The notes: generated by a model not told the origin, from the sequence alone. A stretch of 64,000 nt of DNA from Burkholderiales bacterium (GCA_035275265.1 DATENC010000020.1:158744-222743); one strand, 5' to 3'. Numbered from the stretch's first letter, positions 38,594 to 49,528 are shown. Program-made: numbers and translations.

Positions 38594-39517
38594 CTAAGTT
38601 GAGGAGATGCGGTAGCCGACGCGCGGGAAGTGCACGCAGACCGTACCTACTCGCGGATCCTCGCGCAGGATCGCGACGCGGTCGCGGGTCACCAGCCGAA
38701 CCGTTCCGTACACCGGCGGTTCACCGCTGTTCACGTCGGGCACCACGCCCACGCGAGCGCCGGGTTCCAGTTTCTGTGGATCCTGTGGATCTGCCTGTTC
38801 CGGTGTCGCAGGTTCATGCGACCGTGCAGCCTCGATCGCGTCTGTGGACTTCATCGGCGTGGGATTGCCGTGGCCAATGGCCTTGACACGTTGTTCCCAT
38901 GCTTCGAGCGCGGGAAACTCGGAGAACAACGCCGGGCCGCCCTGCCAGCGCGCGCGCACGAACCACACCAGGTAGTAGCCGACCGCATCCGGAAGGCCTG
39001 GTTGCTCGCCCAATAGGAACCTTCGTCCGCTCACGAGACGCTGATCGAGCCAGCCGAATTGCGCGCGCAGTTGCGCGATGACATGAGGCAGGTCCGTTTT
39101 CAGTTTTTTCAGATCACCGTCGGGTCCGAAGAAGAGCCGCACCCGGTCTGCAACAAACGCCTCGGGAAGCTGATCCGCGTTTGCGCCCAGTGACAACCGC
39201 ACTGCCAGATCGAACAATCCATCAGACCAACGATTGAGCGCCCACGGCACACCGTCCGTGCCACCGGGAAAGAACGTCGGTTCGGGGAAACGCTGTTGCA
39301 ATTCCCCGAGGATGCACTGGCTATCGCAGTAGATGTCAGCGCCCATCTGCATCACAGGCGTGCGCCGGTAGCCGCCGGTTAGGGGCGTCACGTCGGGCTT
39401 GGGCGGAAGGCGCGGAATCTCCACCGAGCGCCACGCAAGCCGCTTGATGCCGAGCGCGACCCGGACCTTTTCGGATACCGGCGACTGCGGATAGTGATGC
39501 AGGATGATTTCGGGCAA
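38594..39517 (-). CDS. glutathione S-transferase family protein
   Basis: Thioredoxin-like N-domain 'ILHHYPQSPVSEKVRVALG.K...W..VEI' followed by a helical C-domain. 307 aa, so it carries an extra C-terminal region. Confidence 0.75.
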   Translation of the reverse strand: MPEIILHHYPQSPVSEKVRVALGIKRLAWRSVEIPRLPPKPDVTPLTGGYRRTPVMQMGADIYCDSQCILGELQQRFPEPTFFPGGTDGVPWALNRWSDGLFDLAVRLSLGANADQLPEAFVADRVRLFFGPDGDLKKLKTDLPHVIAQLRAQFGWLDQRLVSGRRFLLGEQPGLPDAVGYYLVWFVRARWQGGPALFSEFPALEAWEQRVKAIGHGNPTPMKSTDAIEAARSHEPATPEQADPQDPQKLEPGARVGVVPDVNSGEPPVYGTVRLVTRDRVAILREDPRVGTVCVHFPRVGYRISST

Positions 39518-39697
39518 GTTAACTCCTCAGAAACGGTGGCCGGCTTGTGCAACACGCATGAAACGATCGATAGTATCTCGCTTGTCTCGAGCTGCACAAT
39601 CGACACCAATGCAATCACCAGTTCCCTTGCTGTAGGCTTACGGTCGACAAGACAAGAAGTAACATTGCGACCGGAAAGACGTGCCGATAGCCAGTCG

Positions 39698-40969
39698 ATG
39701 AACAAGCCCGAGCGTCGCGAGACCAGACGCGCAGTGACGGCAGCAGTCGTGGGTAATGTGCTGGAATGGTACGACTTCGCGATCTATGCCTACATGGCGA
39801 CGGTGATCGCGAAGAAGTTCTTTCCGGCGGGGGACGAGGTCACGGCGCTGCTCTCGACCTTCGCCGCGTTTGGCGTGGGCTTTGTCGTGCGACCACTGGG
39901 TGGCATATTGATCGGGCGGCTCGGCGATCTCAAGGGAAGGAAGACGGCGCTGCTTCTCACCATTGCGCTGATGGCAGCAGCCACGGTGCTGATCGGGCTC
40001 ATCCCAAGCTACGAGACAATCGGCCCGGCGGCGCCGATCCTGATCGTTATCGCCCGCATGCTGCAGGGTTTCTCCGCCGGCGGTGAATGGGGTGGCTCGA
40101 CCGCGTTCATTGTGGAGTGGGCCCCCGAAAACCAGCGCGGCTTCTACGGCAGCCTGCAACAGTGCAGCGTCGCGGGCGGACTACTTCTCGGCTCTGCTGT
40201 TGCAGCGTTAGTGTCTACTGTGTTAACGCCTCAGACGGTGGATGCCTGGGCTTGGCGCATTCCTTTCTTGCTCGGCGGCCTGCTCGGACCGGTGGGGTTG
40301 TACATGCGCAGGAACATCGGCGAGACGCCCGCGTTCGCGCGCGTCGCGAAGGAAACGACGCCGACAGCGACCAGTGACGCCTCCGCGCTGGCATGGCTCG
40401 CGGCGCGTGCGTTCGGCCTTACGATCCTGTGGTCGGTGTCCTATTACATCGTGCTTGCATACATGCCGACATTCATGCAAAAGCACCTCATGCTCGGTCG
40501 CAGCGAGGCGTTGTGGGCGACCACGGCCGGATTGTTCGCGCTGGTGACGACAATACCGCTCGCAGGTTTGCTTTCGGATCGATTCGGGCGCAAGCCGCTG
40601 TTGCTGGCCGCCTGCGTGGTGTTCATGGTGCTGCCCTATCCGCTCTTCAATCTGATGCTGGCCGGAGCGTCGCTGGGAACGATCATCGCGATCCAGGTCG
40701 CGCTGGCGCTGGGCATCGCACTGTACTCGGGTCCGGGTCCACCCGCGATCGCGGAGATCTTTCCGACAAAGGGGCGATCTACATGGATGTCAACCGGTTA
40801 CAGCCTGTCGGTGGCAATGTTCGGTGGCTTCGCTCCTTTCGTCGCAACCTGGCTGATCGAGAAGACCGGTAGCTTGCTGTCGCCGGCCTACTACGTGATG
40901 GCGGCTGCGGCCGCAAGCACCGTTGTCGTTCTCCGCCTCCAAGAAAGCGCCCATAAACCCCTGCGCTGA
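39698..40969 (+). CDS. MFS metabolite:H+ symporter (ProP/KgtP-like)
   Basis: 'GNVLEWYDFAIYAY', 'RPLGGILIGRLGDLKGRK', 12 TM. ATG 39698 chosen; the track ORF starts 204 nt earlier inside the divergent region. Confidence 0.85.
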   Translation: MNKPERRETRRAVTAAVVGNVLEWYDFAIYAYMATVIAKKFFPAGDEVTALLSTFAAFGVGFVVRPLGGILIGRLGDLKGRKTALLLTIALMAAATVLIGLIPSYETIGPAAPILIVIARMLQGFSAGGEWGGSTAFIVEWAPENQRGFYGSLQQCSVAGGLLLGSAVAALVSTVLTPQTVDAWAWRIPFLLGGLLGPVGLYMRRNIGETPAFARVAKETTPTATSDASALAWLAARAFGLTILWSVSYYIVLAYMPTFMQKHLMLGRSEALWATTAGLFALVTTIPLAGLLSDRFGRKPLLLAACVVFMVLPYPLFNLMLAGASLGTIIAIQVALALGIALYSGPGPPAIAEIFPTKGRSTWMSTGYSLSVAMFGGFAPFVATWLIEKTGSLLSPAYYVMAAAAASTVVVLRLQESAHKPLR

Positions 40970-41053
40970 ACGCGACGGCAAAACTAGCCTCGATGAACCA
41001 GGTTCCGCGGCGAGCGTGTACATTGCACCAAGGACGATACCGCGGAGGCGATC

Positions 41054-41956
41054 ATGAATACGCAGGAGAATGTGCTCGAACCCTGGCAGTGGCCGGAAGG
41101 ACAGTGGCGAGCAATCGTCAATCGTGTCCGCGCTGGAAAGACCTACCGACCGAAAGCATGGAAGGACAATGCGCGCTGCGCGGTGGCGCTTTCGTTCGAC
41201 TCGGATCACGAGACCAGCGAGCTACGCGACGGCGGCAAGTCGATAGGGCGCCTGTGCTGGGGGCAGTATGGCAATCGCGTGGGAATGCCGCGGATACTGA
41301 AGTTGCTCGAAAAGTACGACGTAAGGGCAAGCTTTTACGTGCCAGCGGTCACCGCTCTGCTGCATCCGGAAGAGCAGCGCCGCGTCGTCGCGGAGGGTCA
41401 CGAAATCGGAATCCACGGGTGGATTCATGAACTGAACTCCATTCTGCCGTACGAATCGGAACGCGACCTGATGCTGCGCTCGCGGGATGAACTGGAAAGG
41501 ATTGCCGGTGCGCGACCGCTAGGGATGCGCACGCCGTCGTGGGACTTCAGCCAGCACACACTCGGCATCGCGCGCGAGATGGGGTTGCTTTACGACTCCT
41601 CGCTCATGGCCGACGACGACTGTTACGAACTGCTGCTCGACGGTGAGCCGACCGGCGTGATCGAGCTTCCGGTCGAATGGGTTCGTGACGACGCCGTCTA
41701 TTTCATGATGAATCGTTTCCAGTCCTTGCGACCCTACACTCCGCCGCTGGACGTGCTCGAGATTTTCCGCCGGGAGCTCGACGCTGCATATGAGGAAGGC
41801 GGCGTGTTTCAACTGACGCTGCATCCGCACATCATCGGCTACCGGTCGCGGATATGGATCGTCGAGGAAATCATCCGCCATGCGCAATCGCGCAAGAACA
41901 TCTGGTTCGCGACGCATGCAGAGGTCGTGCAGTGGGCCACCAACCACGCGGCTTAG
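41054..41956 (+). CDS. polysaccharide deacetylase family protein (PuuE-like size)
   Basis: 'VALSFDSDHE', 'ASFYVPAVTA', 'GHEIGIHGW.HE' are NodB-fold metal/catalytic motifs. Confidence 0.8.
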   Translation: MNTQENVLEPWQWPEGQWRAIVNRVRAGKTYRPKAWKDNARCAVALSFDSDHETSELRDGGKSIGRLCWGQYGNRVGMPRILKLLEKYDVRASFYVPAVTALLHPEEQRRVVAEGHEIGIHGWIHELNSILPYESERDLMLRSRDELERIAGARPLGMRTPSWDFSQHTLGIAREMGLLYDSSLMADDDCYELLLDGEPTGVIELPVEWVRDDAVYFMMNRFQSLRPYTPPLDVLEIFRRELDAAYEEGGVFQLTLHPHIIGYRSRIWIVEEIIRHAQSRKNIWFATHAEVVQWATNHAA

Positions 41957-42010
41957 TCAGACGGTCATCGAGCGGCAGGTCCGGTATTTCTGGTATTGAG
42001 TACTCCGCAC

Positions 42011-42775
42011 TCAACTCGCTATCGTCACACCGCCGTCGGCAACAATCGTCTGTCCGGTGATGAACGCCGCGGCGGGCGAAGCCAGGAACGCGGCGATGCC
42101 ACCAATGTCATCGGGCTCGCCGATGCGGCCCAGAGGCGTCAGTGATTCGTAGTGGCGCAGCGTCTCCGGGTTCTCCCACAAGGCGCGGGCGAAGTCGGTC
42201 TTGACCAGTCCCGGGGCGATGCAGTTGACACGGATATTGTGCCGGCCCCACTCGACCGCCAGATTGCGCGCGAGCTGCATGTCAGCCGCCTTCGAGATTG
42301 CGTAGGCGCCAAGCACACCAGTACCCTTGAGCCCCCCGATGGACGACACGATGATCACCACGCCGTCGCTCCTCTGCGCCATCTCCGGCAGCACCAGATT
42401 TGCCAGCCAATGGTTGGACACCACGTTGTTCTGCAGGATCTTGTTGAAGGCGTCATCGGGCATCTGCGCCATCGATCCGTAGTAGGGATTGCTTGCGGCA
42501 TTGCACACCAGCACGTCTATTCTGCCCCGATGCCGGCGCGTTTCGTTGACCAGGTTCTGGAGTTGCCCCTTGTCGCCGATGTTGGCGGGAATCGCGATCG
42601 CATCGCCGCCCGACGAACGAATCGCCTCTGCGACCTGCTCGCAGACATCGGCCTTGCGGCTCGAGATCACCACCTTTGCGCCGGCCCTTGCCATGTGCTC
42701 AGCAATCGAACGGCCGATCCCGCGCGTGGATCCGGTGACGATGGCGATTTTGCCCGTGAGGTCGAGGGATTTCAT
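42011..42775 (-). CDS. SDR-family oxidoreductase (FabG-like)
   Basis: 'VTGSTRGIGRSIA', 'NAA', 'SS.GG', 'YAISKAA' (TGxxxGIG and YxxxK). Confidence 0.9.
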   Translation of the reverse strand: MKSLDLTGKIAIVTGSTRGIGRSIAEHMARAGAKVVISSRKADVCEQVAEAIRSSGGDAIAIPANIGDKGQLQNLVNETRRHRGRIDVLVCNAASNPYYGSMAQMPDDAFNKILQNNVVSNHWLANLVLPEMAQRSDGVVIIVSSIGGLKGTGVLGAYAISKAADMQLARNLAVEWGRHNIRVNCIAPGLVKTDFARALWENPETLRHYESLTPLGRIGEPDDIGGIAAFLASPAAAFITGQTIVADGGVTIAS

Positions 42776-42781
42776 AAGAGC

Positions 42782-42888
42782 GTGAATGGGTGAATGAGTG
42801 AATGGGTGAATGGGTGAATGAGTGTGTAACGCCTTGATCGCCTTTCCCTCTTCACACCTTCACACCTTCACTCCTTCACTCCTTCACG
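42782..42888. repeat. hairpin-forming tandem 8-nt-unit repeat (GTGAATGR x5 / CCTTCACW x5)
   Basis: Left arm 42782-42826: GTGAATGG GTGAATGA GTGAATGG GTGAATGG GTGAATGA GTG. Right arm 42848-42888: CTCTTCACA CCTTCACA CCTTCACT CCTTCACT CCTTCACGG. The arms are imperfect reverse complements (GTGAA/TTCAC cores). The element lies between two minus-strand genes and starts 3 nt after the upstream gene's stop. Confidence 0.85.
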
Positions 42889-42891
42889 GAG

Positions 42892-43431
42892 TTAGCGCCC
42901 TTCAATCAGCTTCTTCATGGTTTCGAGACCCAGTGGGTACACCCTGTTGAAAGCTGCAAGCGCCGTATCGTCGTCCTGTCCGGGAGGCGGCTCATCGGTC
43001 CAGTAGGCGAGGCGCCTGAACCGCGCTTTCCATTCGACGCGGCTCTTGCCGTTGCCGGCATCCTTCACGGTCATAGTGGGGAAATAGTCGCTGGCCCCCG
43101 GCTGGCCGCCGATGTACGTGTAGGAAAGGCTCATGTTCCAGGGCTCGAAGGCGATGAGTTTTTCCTGGACCTTGGTGCCGTTGACCCGGGTCAACTCGCG
43201 AATACTGCCGACTTCGCGATTCTTTCCGAGAATGATCCGGCTGCTTTCGATGGTCGGAAGCCAGCGCGGCAGTCCGTTGAAGTCACTCACCACCTCCCAC
43301 ACCTCCGCTGGAGGCGCATCGATCACGATGGAATGCTCGACTTTCAACTCCGGCGCATCTGCCGCAAGCAGCAGTTGCGGGGCCAGCAAGCCCGCAAGCA
43401 GTGTCAACAGAACTCCCTTGGCAAATCGCAT
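42892..43431 (-). CDS. secreted SRPBCC (polyketide cyclase/START-like) protein
   Basis: Signal peptide 'MRFAKGVLLTLLAGLLAPQLLLA', then 'IDAPPAEVWEVVSDFNGLPRWLP'. GGAGG RBS before ATG 43431. Confidence 0.7.
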   Translation of the reverse strand: MRFAKGVLLTLLAGLLAPQLLLAADAPELKVEHSIVIDAPPAEVWEVVSDFNGLPRWLPTIESSRIILGKNREVGSIRELTRVNGTKVQEKLIAFEPWNMSLSYTYIGGQPGASDYFPTMTVKDAGNGKSRVEWKARFRRLAYWTDEPPPGQDDDTALAAFNRVYPLGLETMKKLIEGR

Positions 43432-43661
43432 TTCCGCCTCCCCACGATTGTCGTTGTCACGCGGACGACTGGCCGGCAAATCCGCCATGCCGCGTTTGCC
43501 GCAACTCTACCATCTTCATCCGAAGTCGAGATGGCGGGATGCGGCCGTGCACCGGCAAACCTGCTCTTGGCATATCATTCGCTGCGCTGATCGTAGCGCC
43601 GAGGGCACGTGCGACAGCGTTGCCGGTGCAGATGCAGACGGGGAACAGTTCGGAGGGAAGC

Positions 43662-44648
43662 ATGCGTACTTTCATGATCGGGTCAGGGGCGATGGGATCG
43701 GTGTACGGCGGACTGCTCACCCGGGCGGGCTACGAAGTCACGCTGATCGACCCACGCGCCGACCACGTCGGCGTCATCGTGCGCGAAGGGCTGACCATCG
43801 AGGGAGTGCGCGGACGGCACCTTATCCGCCTGCCTGCACAAACAAGCCACGCCGGGCTGCCCCCGGCAGATTTCGTCATTATTTTCACCGATGCCAATGC
43901 CACCAGGGATGCGGCGCGCACAGCCGCGCAGGTGCTCAAGCCAGACGGGTTTGCGCTGACCTTGCAAAATGGCATCGGCAATGTCGAGGCGCTGCTCGCA
44001 GAGCTGGGCGAGGCGCGCGTCATCGCGGGCGTTAGCATGAACAGCGCCGCCAATCCGGAGCCCGGGCGCGCGCAATATACCAACGCCGGAATGACTTCGA
44101 TCGGTGAGTTGGACGGCCGCAACACCAAACGGATTGGTGAAGTGGCGCGGATGCTGAACAAGGCCGAAATCGATACCACCGTCATCCCGGACCCGATGGC
44201 CTACATCTGGGGCAAGTTCGTGCTCAATTGCGCGATCAATCCGCTTACAGCGATCACCGGTTTGCGCAGCGGCGAGATATATCGCACGCCTGAGGTCAAC
44301 GCGCTGCAGGACCGTATCATCGACGAGATCCTCATGGTGGTCGAGCGCAAAGGCGTTCGAATTTCCGAGCCCGATCCGCGCAAGAAAATCAAGGAACACT
44401 GCCGGGTGCGCTACAACCGGCCCTCCATGATGCAACACGTCGAACAGGGCCGCCGCACAGAAATCGACGCACTCAACGGAGCCCTGGTGCGTGAGGCGAG
44501 GGCGCTCGGGATCGCTGTGCCGTTCAACGAGGCGATCGTCGCGATGGTAAAGGGACTGGAGAAGAGCCGCCGGCAACGGCTGCATGAACCGCCGATCGAC
44601 TACGCCAAGCGCGAGGAAGAAGCGGAAAAGGATGCAAAGAAGGTATGA
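43662..44648 (+). CDS. 2-dehydropantoate 2-reductase family (second ApbA/PanE-like copy)
   Basis: 'MRTFMIGSGAMGSVYGGLL', 'LQNGIGN', 'SMMQHVEQGRRTEIDALNGALV'. GGAGGGA RBS. Charged C-terminal tail. Confidence 0.85.
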   Translation: MRTFMIGSGAMGSVYGGLLTRAGYEVTLIDPRADHVGVIVREGLTIEGVRGRHLIRLPAQTSHAGLPPADFVIIFTDANATRDAARTAAQVLKPDGFALTLQNGIGNVEALLAELGEARVIAGVSMNSAANPEPGRAQYTNAGMTSIGELDGRNTKRIGEVARMLNKAEIDTTVIPDPMAYIWGKFVLNCAINPLTAITGLRSGEIYRTPEVNALQDRIIDEILMVVERKGVRISEPDPRKKIKEHCRVRYNRPSMMQHVEQGRRTEIDALNGALVREARALGIAVPFNEAIVAMVKGLEKSRRQRLHEPPIDYAKREEEAEKDAKKV

Positions 44649-44982
44649 GGAAGCGACTGGTGACGTTCGACGGGCACAGCGCGTGACCTTACGAAGTCCG
44701 ATAACCTCAGCCAGCAGATTCAGACGGACGTCAACGGAACCTAGACACCGGGCATGAAGCGGGTCAGCCGGAAACCGGCGCAACGTCCGGCGACAGGAAC
44801 ACGCCCGCCGAAACCTCAAAACCCTCAAGTCAACGTGCAAACGCGCAGGGTGCTCAAACAGCATTACCGGGCGAAATATGGGGTCAAGTGAAAGCAAAGG
44901 GCTGGTGGAATCTGTGGACAAGCTGCCAATAGCCAGCTGCCTGGGCTTTCTGCCGATTCGCGACCTCAGAGACGTGTGCCGG

Positions 44983-47295
44983 ATGGGTCTGGTCGCGGTT
45001 GCGATCGTCATTTTCGGAACCGGCCGTCTCGCCTGGGCTGAGGAGAAGAACGCCACAGGGCAGCATGCGAACAGGCTGATCGATTCCAACAATCCCTACC
45101 TACTGCTGCATGCCCACAACCCGGTGGACTGGTATCCCTGGGGCCCGGAGGCGCTGGAGAAAGCGAAGCGAGAGAACAAGCCGATATTCCTCTCGGTCGG
45201 TTACAGCACCTGCTACTGGTGCCACGTGGCCGAGCAGACGATCTACCGCAAAAAGGAATTCGCGGATCTGATGAACGCCTGGTTCGTCAACATCAAGGTG
45301 GATCGCGAGCAGCGACCCGACATCGACCGGCTCTATCTGGCGGCTACCCAGGTGATCACAGGGCGCGGCGGCTGGCCGAACAATGTCTTTCTCACGCCCG
45401 ATCTCGAGCCCTTCTACGCCGGCAGTTATTTTGCGCCGCACGATGACGCCTTCGGCCGGCCGGGCTTTGACACCCTGCTCAAGTCGATACACGAGGCTTG
45501 GACGCAAGACCCGGTGCGCGTGCGCGCGACTGCGCAGAAGGTGACCGCCGCGTTGCGGCAGCGGCAGCAGGAGCCGGACTCCACGAACGGACCCATCAAT
45601 CCGCATGCGTCGCTAGACCAGGCGGTCGCGTCGTGGGTGAAGCGCGTGGATGCGCAGCACGCCGGGTTCGGTCCGGCCAAGGGGCAGCGATTCCCACAGG
45701 AGCCCGTGCTGGCGCTGCTGATCGCGGCGCAAGGACTTAGCCCGAACTCCGCGAACATGGGCGTGTTCACCCGCACGCTCGATGCGATGGCAACGGGGGG
45801 AATTTACGATCAACTGGCGGGAGGCTTTCACCGCTATGCCACTGAAGCTACCTGGTCGATTCCGCACTTCGAGAAAATGCTCTACAACAATGCGCAGCTT
45901 CTCGTGATCTACGCGGACGCTTATCGACTTACCGGCGATCCTTTCTATCGCATGATCGCGACTGCGACGGCGGACTACCTGATGACAAGGATGATGGCGC
46001 CCGAGGGCGGCTTCTACACGGCTGAAGATGCCGCGGTCGAAGGCAAGGAGGGCGGAAGCTACCTCTGGACGCGGCGGCAAATCGAATCCGTGCTCGGGGC
46101 CGGAACGTCGAGCTTCTTCGATGCCTATGCGCTGACGCCAATGCCGGACCAGGAGGCCCTGCAGACTGCGGAGCAGGCGCTGAATGGCGACACCGTGGGC
46201 GTGCTGCGCAGGCGGCTGCCGATTGAAGGGACACGCGAACGCACGAACCACAAGGACGAAATACAATCGCTTGCCACCACTGCGCCGATGCGCAAGAAGC
46301 TCCTCGATGTGCGCAACCGCCGTGCACAACCCGCGCGCGACGAAAAGCTGGTCGTGGCGCTGAACGGTCTCGCGATACAGGCGTTCGCGCGCTCGGGCCA
46401 GTTGCTCGACATGCCGTCGTACATCGATGTGGCCCGCCGCGGCGCCGATCGCATCTGGCGGCTTGCATACGACCGGAAAAACGGCCTAAGGCGTGAGATC
46501 TTCAACCATCGGGCGCAAACTGATGCGTTCCTCGACGACTACGCGCTGTTAGGACTGGGCTGCCTCGCGCTGTACGACGCAACCAGGGACGCGATATGGG
46601 CTCAACGTGCAGGGGAGCTTGCGGACGGCATGCTCGCACGCTTTGAGCGTGGCGACGGAACGTTGGCGACGACGAGCGCGGAAAGAGAGCTGCCAGTACC
46701 GCCGGAGGAGAGCGACATCGCCTATCCGTCGGGAAGCTCCGCGGCCGTTGATCTGATCCTGCAGTTGGCGCAATCCGGCGGGGTTGCAGCACATGCCGAT
46801 GCCACCCGGCGTATCGTCGGCCGGCTCGGCCATCGAATCGCGCAGGAGCCGGAATCCTGGCCCGCCCTGATCACGGCCATGAATCGGAGCGGCTTCAGCC
46901 CATCGAAAGACGTATCCGGCACCGCTGCCGTCGTGCGAGTCTCTGCCATCGTGAAAGATGGCGGCGACCAGGATGAGATCGTCATCACGCTGCACATCGA
47001 ACCCGGCTACCACGTCAATGCCAATCCTGCCACTTACGATTACCTCATCGCAACCAGCGTTGCTTTCGATGGCATTGCGCCGGCGCGGGTGCGCTATCCG
47101 GCGGCGACCCTGTTCAAACCCGCGTTTGCACCGGCGGGACTGAACGTTTATGAAGGCGAGGTGAAACTGGTGGCGTCGTTTCCCAAGGGGACTGTGGGAA
47201 AGAACCGCGAGATACGCGCTGTCGTGTCGGCGCAGGCATGCGACAGCGAGATCTGCCTGCTGCCCGCGCAGTTGCGGGTCAGGGCAACGCCGTGA
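44983..47295 (+). CDS. periplasmic DUF255/YyaL-type thioredoxin-domain protein fused to a DsbD-N-like C-terminal domain
   Basis: Signal-like '[19 protein letters not shown]', '[34 protein letters not shown]', and a long alpha-helical middle. C-terminus '[13 protein letters not shown]......V.F......YP........VYEG.V......[12 protein letters not shown]'. Confidence 0.8.
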   Translation: MGLVAVAIVIFGTGRLAWAEEKNATGQHANRLIDSNNPYLLLHAHNPVDWYPWGPEALEKAKRENKPIFLSVGYSTCYWCHVAEQTIYRKKEFADLMNAWFVNIKVDREQRPDIDRLYLAATQVITGRGGWPNNVFLTPDLEPFYAGSYFAPHDDAFGRPGFDTLLKSIHEAWTQDPVRVRATAQKVTAALRQRQQEPDSTNGPINPHASLDQAVASWVKRVDAQHAGFGPAKGQRFPQEPVLALLIAAQGLSPNSANMGVFTRTLDAMATGGIYDQLAGGFHRYATEATWSIPHFEKMLYNNAQLLVIYADAYRLTGDPFYRMIATATADYLMTRMMAPEGGFYTAEDAAVEGKEGGSYLWTRRQIESVLGAGTSSFFDAYALTPMPDQEALQTAEQALNGDTVGVLRRRLPIEGTRERTNHKDEIQSLATTAPMRKKLLDVRNRRAQPARDEKLVVALNGLAIQAFARSGQLLDMPSYIDVARRGADRIWRLAYDRKNGLRREIFNHRAQTDAFLDDYALLGLGCLALYDATRDAIWAQRAGELADGMLARFERGDGTLATTSAERELPVPPEESDIAYPSGSSAAVDLILQLAQSGGVAAHADATRRIVGRLGHRIAQEPESWPALITAMNRSGFSPSKDVSGTAAVVRVSAIVKDGGDQDEIVITLHIEPGYHVNANPATYDYLIATSVAFDGIAPARVRYPAATLFKPAFAPAGLNVYEGEVKLVASFPKGTVGKNREIRAVVSAQACDSEICLLPAQLRVRATP

Positions 47296-47380
47296 CAAGT
47301 GGCAAGATGAAAATGAGCTGGCGGCCATCCGTTTGCGCTAACATTTGTGGTACAGGAAACCAGACTGGAGGACTAGCTCG

Positions 47381-48229
47381 ATGAGCGCAGTTCTGAGCGC
47401 GCAGGAAGTTCAGCAATACCGGGAACAGGGATTCCTGTTTCCGAAATATCGCTTGCCGGCGCCCCTGCTGGGTCGGCTGAGGGATGGACTCGACCGGTTG
47501 CTGGAAACCTACACCGACGTCGCGCAGGAGGACCTTGCCAATCCGCACATGATTGCACCGACCGAAGGGGCGAACTTGAATCCCTTCATGGAAACGGCGC
47601 GCCATACGCCGATCCTGGACATGGTCGGGCAGGTGCTGGGACAGGATCTCGTGCTGTGGATCACCCGCGTGCTCTGCAAGCCGCCACGAATGGGCCGCGA
47701 GGTGCCCTGGCACCAGGATGGTGAATACTGGCCGATGCGTCCGCTGGCGACCTGTTCGGTGTGGATCGCCATTGACCCGGTGTCGACGGTGAACGGGTGC
47801 ATGCGTTTCATCCCGGGTTCGCACAAGCAGCAGGAGTTGTACCGGCACCACAAGTCCAATCGCGAGAACCTGGTGCTGAATCTGGAACTCGACCGCGATC
47901 AGTTCGATGAGTCCGCGGCCGTGAACGTGGAACTCGAACCTGGTGCGATGTCGTTGCACGACGTGCGCATGATCCACGGTTCGCTTGCCAACACCTCAGG
48001 ACAACGGCGCGCCGCACTGATCCTGCGCTACATGCCGGCCACCTCGCACTATGACCGCTCGCTGGTTGCGCAGCGAAAGGACAACAGTCCTTTCAATATT
48101 TTCGATCAGCCACTATGGATGATGCGCGGAGTGGACAGGTCCGGCAAGAATGATTTTGCGCACGGTCACGAGCTATGGAAAAAGCGCTACGCCGGCGGTC
48201 TCGCGCTGCCGAAGGGGAGCGAAGGCTGA
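47381..48229 (+). CDS. phytanoyl-CoA dioxygenase (PhyH) family Fe(II)/2OG oxygenase
   Basis: 'LS..EV..YREQGFL', 'VPWHQDGEYW' (HxD), 'SLHDVRMIHGS'. GGAGGA RBS. Confidence 0.8.
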   Translation: MSAVLSAQEVQQYREQGFLFPKYRLPAPLLGRLRDGLDRLLETYTDVAQEDLANPHMIAPTEGANLNPFMETARHTPILDMVGQVLGQDLVLWITRVLCKPPRMGREVPWHQDGEYWPMRPLATCSVWIAIDPVSTVNGCMRFIPGSHKQQELYRHHKSNRENLVLNLELDRDQFDESAAVNVELEPGAMSLHDVRMIHGSLANTSGQRRAALILRYMPATSHYDRSLVAQRKDNSPFNIFDQPLWMMRGVDRSGKNDFAHGHELWKKRYAGGLALPKGSEG

Positions 48230-48233
48230 ACGG

Positions 48234-48299
48234 GTGAGTGAATGAGTGGCGACCGCGCCTCTTCCCCTTCACACCTTCACGCCTTCACTCATTCACTGG
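48234..48299. repeat. hairpin-forming GTGAATG/CATTCAC-family repeat between convergent genes
   Basis: GTGAGTGAATGAGTGG ... CTTCCCCTTCACACCTTCACGCCTTCACTCATTCACTGG. GTGAATGAGTG and CACTCATTCAC form a perfect 11-bp stem. The right arm overlaps the last codons and stop of the minus-strand gene. Confidence 0.8.
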
Positions 48300-49446
48300 C
48301 CTTTGCTGGTTCGATCCGCGCGAGCACACCGTCGGGCGCGTCGGTAAGCAGATAGATGTTGCCATCTGGGCCGGTACGCACATCGCGGATGCGGCCGAGT
48401 TCACCCGGGATCAGCCGCTCTTCCTTCAGGATTTTTTCGCCGTCCAGTTCGAGTCTAGCCAGCAACTGGAACTTCAATGAACCGACGAACAGGTTGCCGC
48501 GCCAGTTAGGGAACCGTTCACCGGTGTAAAACGTCATCCCGGACGGGGCGATCGACGGCACCCAGTAGTAAAGCGGCTGTTCCATTCCTGCCTTTTCAGT
48601 TCCTTCGCCGATCTTGGTTCCGATTCCGTAGTTCACCCCATAAGTGATGATCGGCCATCCGTAATTGCGGCCGGCGCGCATGACATTGACTTCGTCACCT
48701 CCCTGCGGTCCGTGCTCGTGAGTCCAAAGTTCACCGGTTTGCGGATGCAGTGCCGCACCCTGCATGTTACGGTTGCCCAGCGTGAACTTTTCCGGCCGTG
48801 TACCCGGACGGTTCACGAACGGATTGTCGGCCGGAACGCGGCCGTCGTCGTGAAGCCGGATGACGGAGCCTGCATGGTCGTCGAGCTTTTGTGCGCGCTC
48901 CTTGTCGCCGCGTTCCCCGAGCGAGAGATAGACGAAACCCTTGCGGTCGAAGACGATGCGTCCGCCGAAGTGCTGCCCCTTCCGCGTTTTCGGTTGCAGG
49001 CGAAAAAGCACTTGGGTGTCGATGAGGCGGTTTCCTTCAAGCCGGGCGCGCAACATTTCTGTCCCCCACCCGCCGCTGCCCGGGCCGTTATACGAGATAT
49101 AGATCCAACCGTTCTCGGCGAAGCGAGGGTGCAGCACCACGTCGAACAAGCCTCCCTGTCCCGTCTCGACAATGGGAGGCAGGCCTTCGACCGCTGCGGG
49201 CTCAAGCCTGAAGTCCTTCGAAACAATGCGCAGCCGTCCGGGCCGTTCCGTAACGAGCATGCGTCCGTCAGGAAGGAAGGCGAGTGACCACGGATTCACC
49301 AGACCCTCGACCAGCGTGACCAGACGAAAGCCGTGTTTTTCCGACCTGAAGGTGCTTTCCTTCGCGAAGGCTTCCGGGGAGGGCACGCCGAGCACAAGCA
49401 GAAAAAATGCGGCGGCACAAGAAAATACTCGGTGGCGGACCTGCAT
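48289..49446 (-). CDS. PQQ-dependent soluble sugar (glucose/sorbosone) dehydrogenase, YliI-like
   Basis: Signal peptide, 'L..PW.LAFLPDGRMLVTER.G.LRIV', 'HFGGRIVF', 'GNRN.QG.A.HP.TGELW..EHGP.GGDE.N'. Confidence 0.85.
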   Translation of the reverse strand: MQVRHRVFSCAAAFFLLVLGVPSPEAFAKESTFRSEKHGFRLVTLVEGLVNPWSLAFLPDGRMLVTERPGRLRIVSKDFRLEPAAVEGLPPIVETGQGGLFDVVLHPRFAENGWIYISYNGPGSGGWGTEMLRARLEGNRLIDTQVLFRLQPKTRKGQHFGGRIVFDRKGFVYLSLGERGDKERAQKLDDHAGSVIRLHDDGRVPADNPFVNRPGTRPEKFTLGNRNMQGAALHPQTGELWTHEHGPQGGDEVNVMRAGRNYGWPIITYGVNYGIGTKIGEGTEKAGMEQPLYYWVPSIAPSGMTFYTGERFPNWRGNLFVGSLKFQLLARLELDGEKILKEERLIPGELGRIRDVRTGPDGNIYLLTDAPDGVLARIEPAKASE

Positions 49447-49528
49447 GTTGTTTCTCCGGAAGTTGTTCCTGATTTGTTTGCCGGAAGCAGCAAGAGTTCA
49501 ATTGGCGCGGGGCCGCCACGGCTCCTTT

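Noticed and set aside
42782-42888. Possible CRISPR array, because of the many short direct repeats.
   Set aside because: The units are only 8 nt and contiguous, with no spacers. The second half is the inverted complement of the first. No cas genes are in the window. It is a hairpin repeat, not CRISPR.
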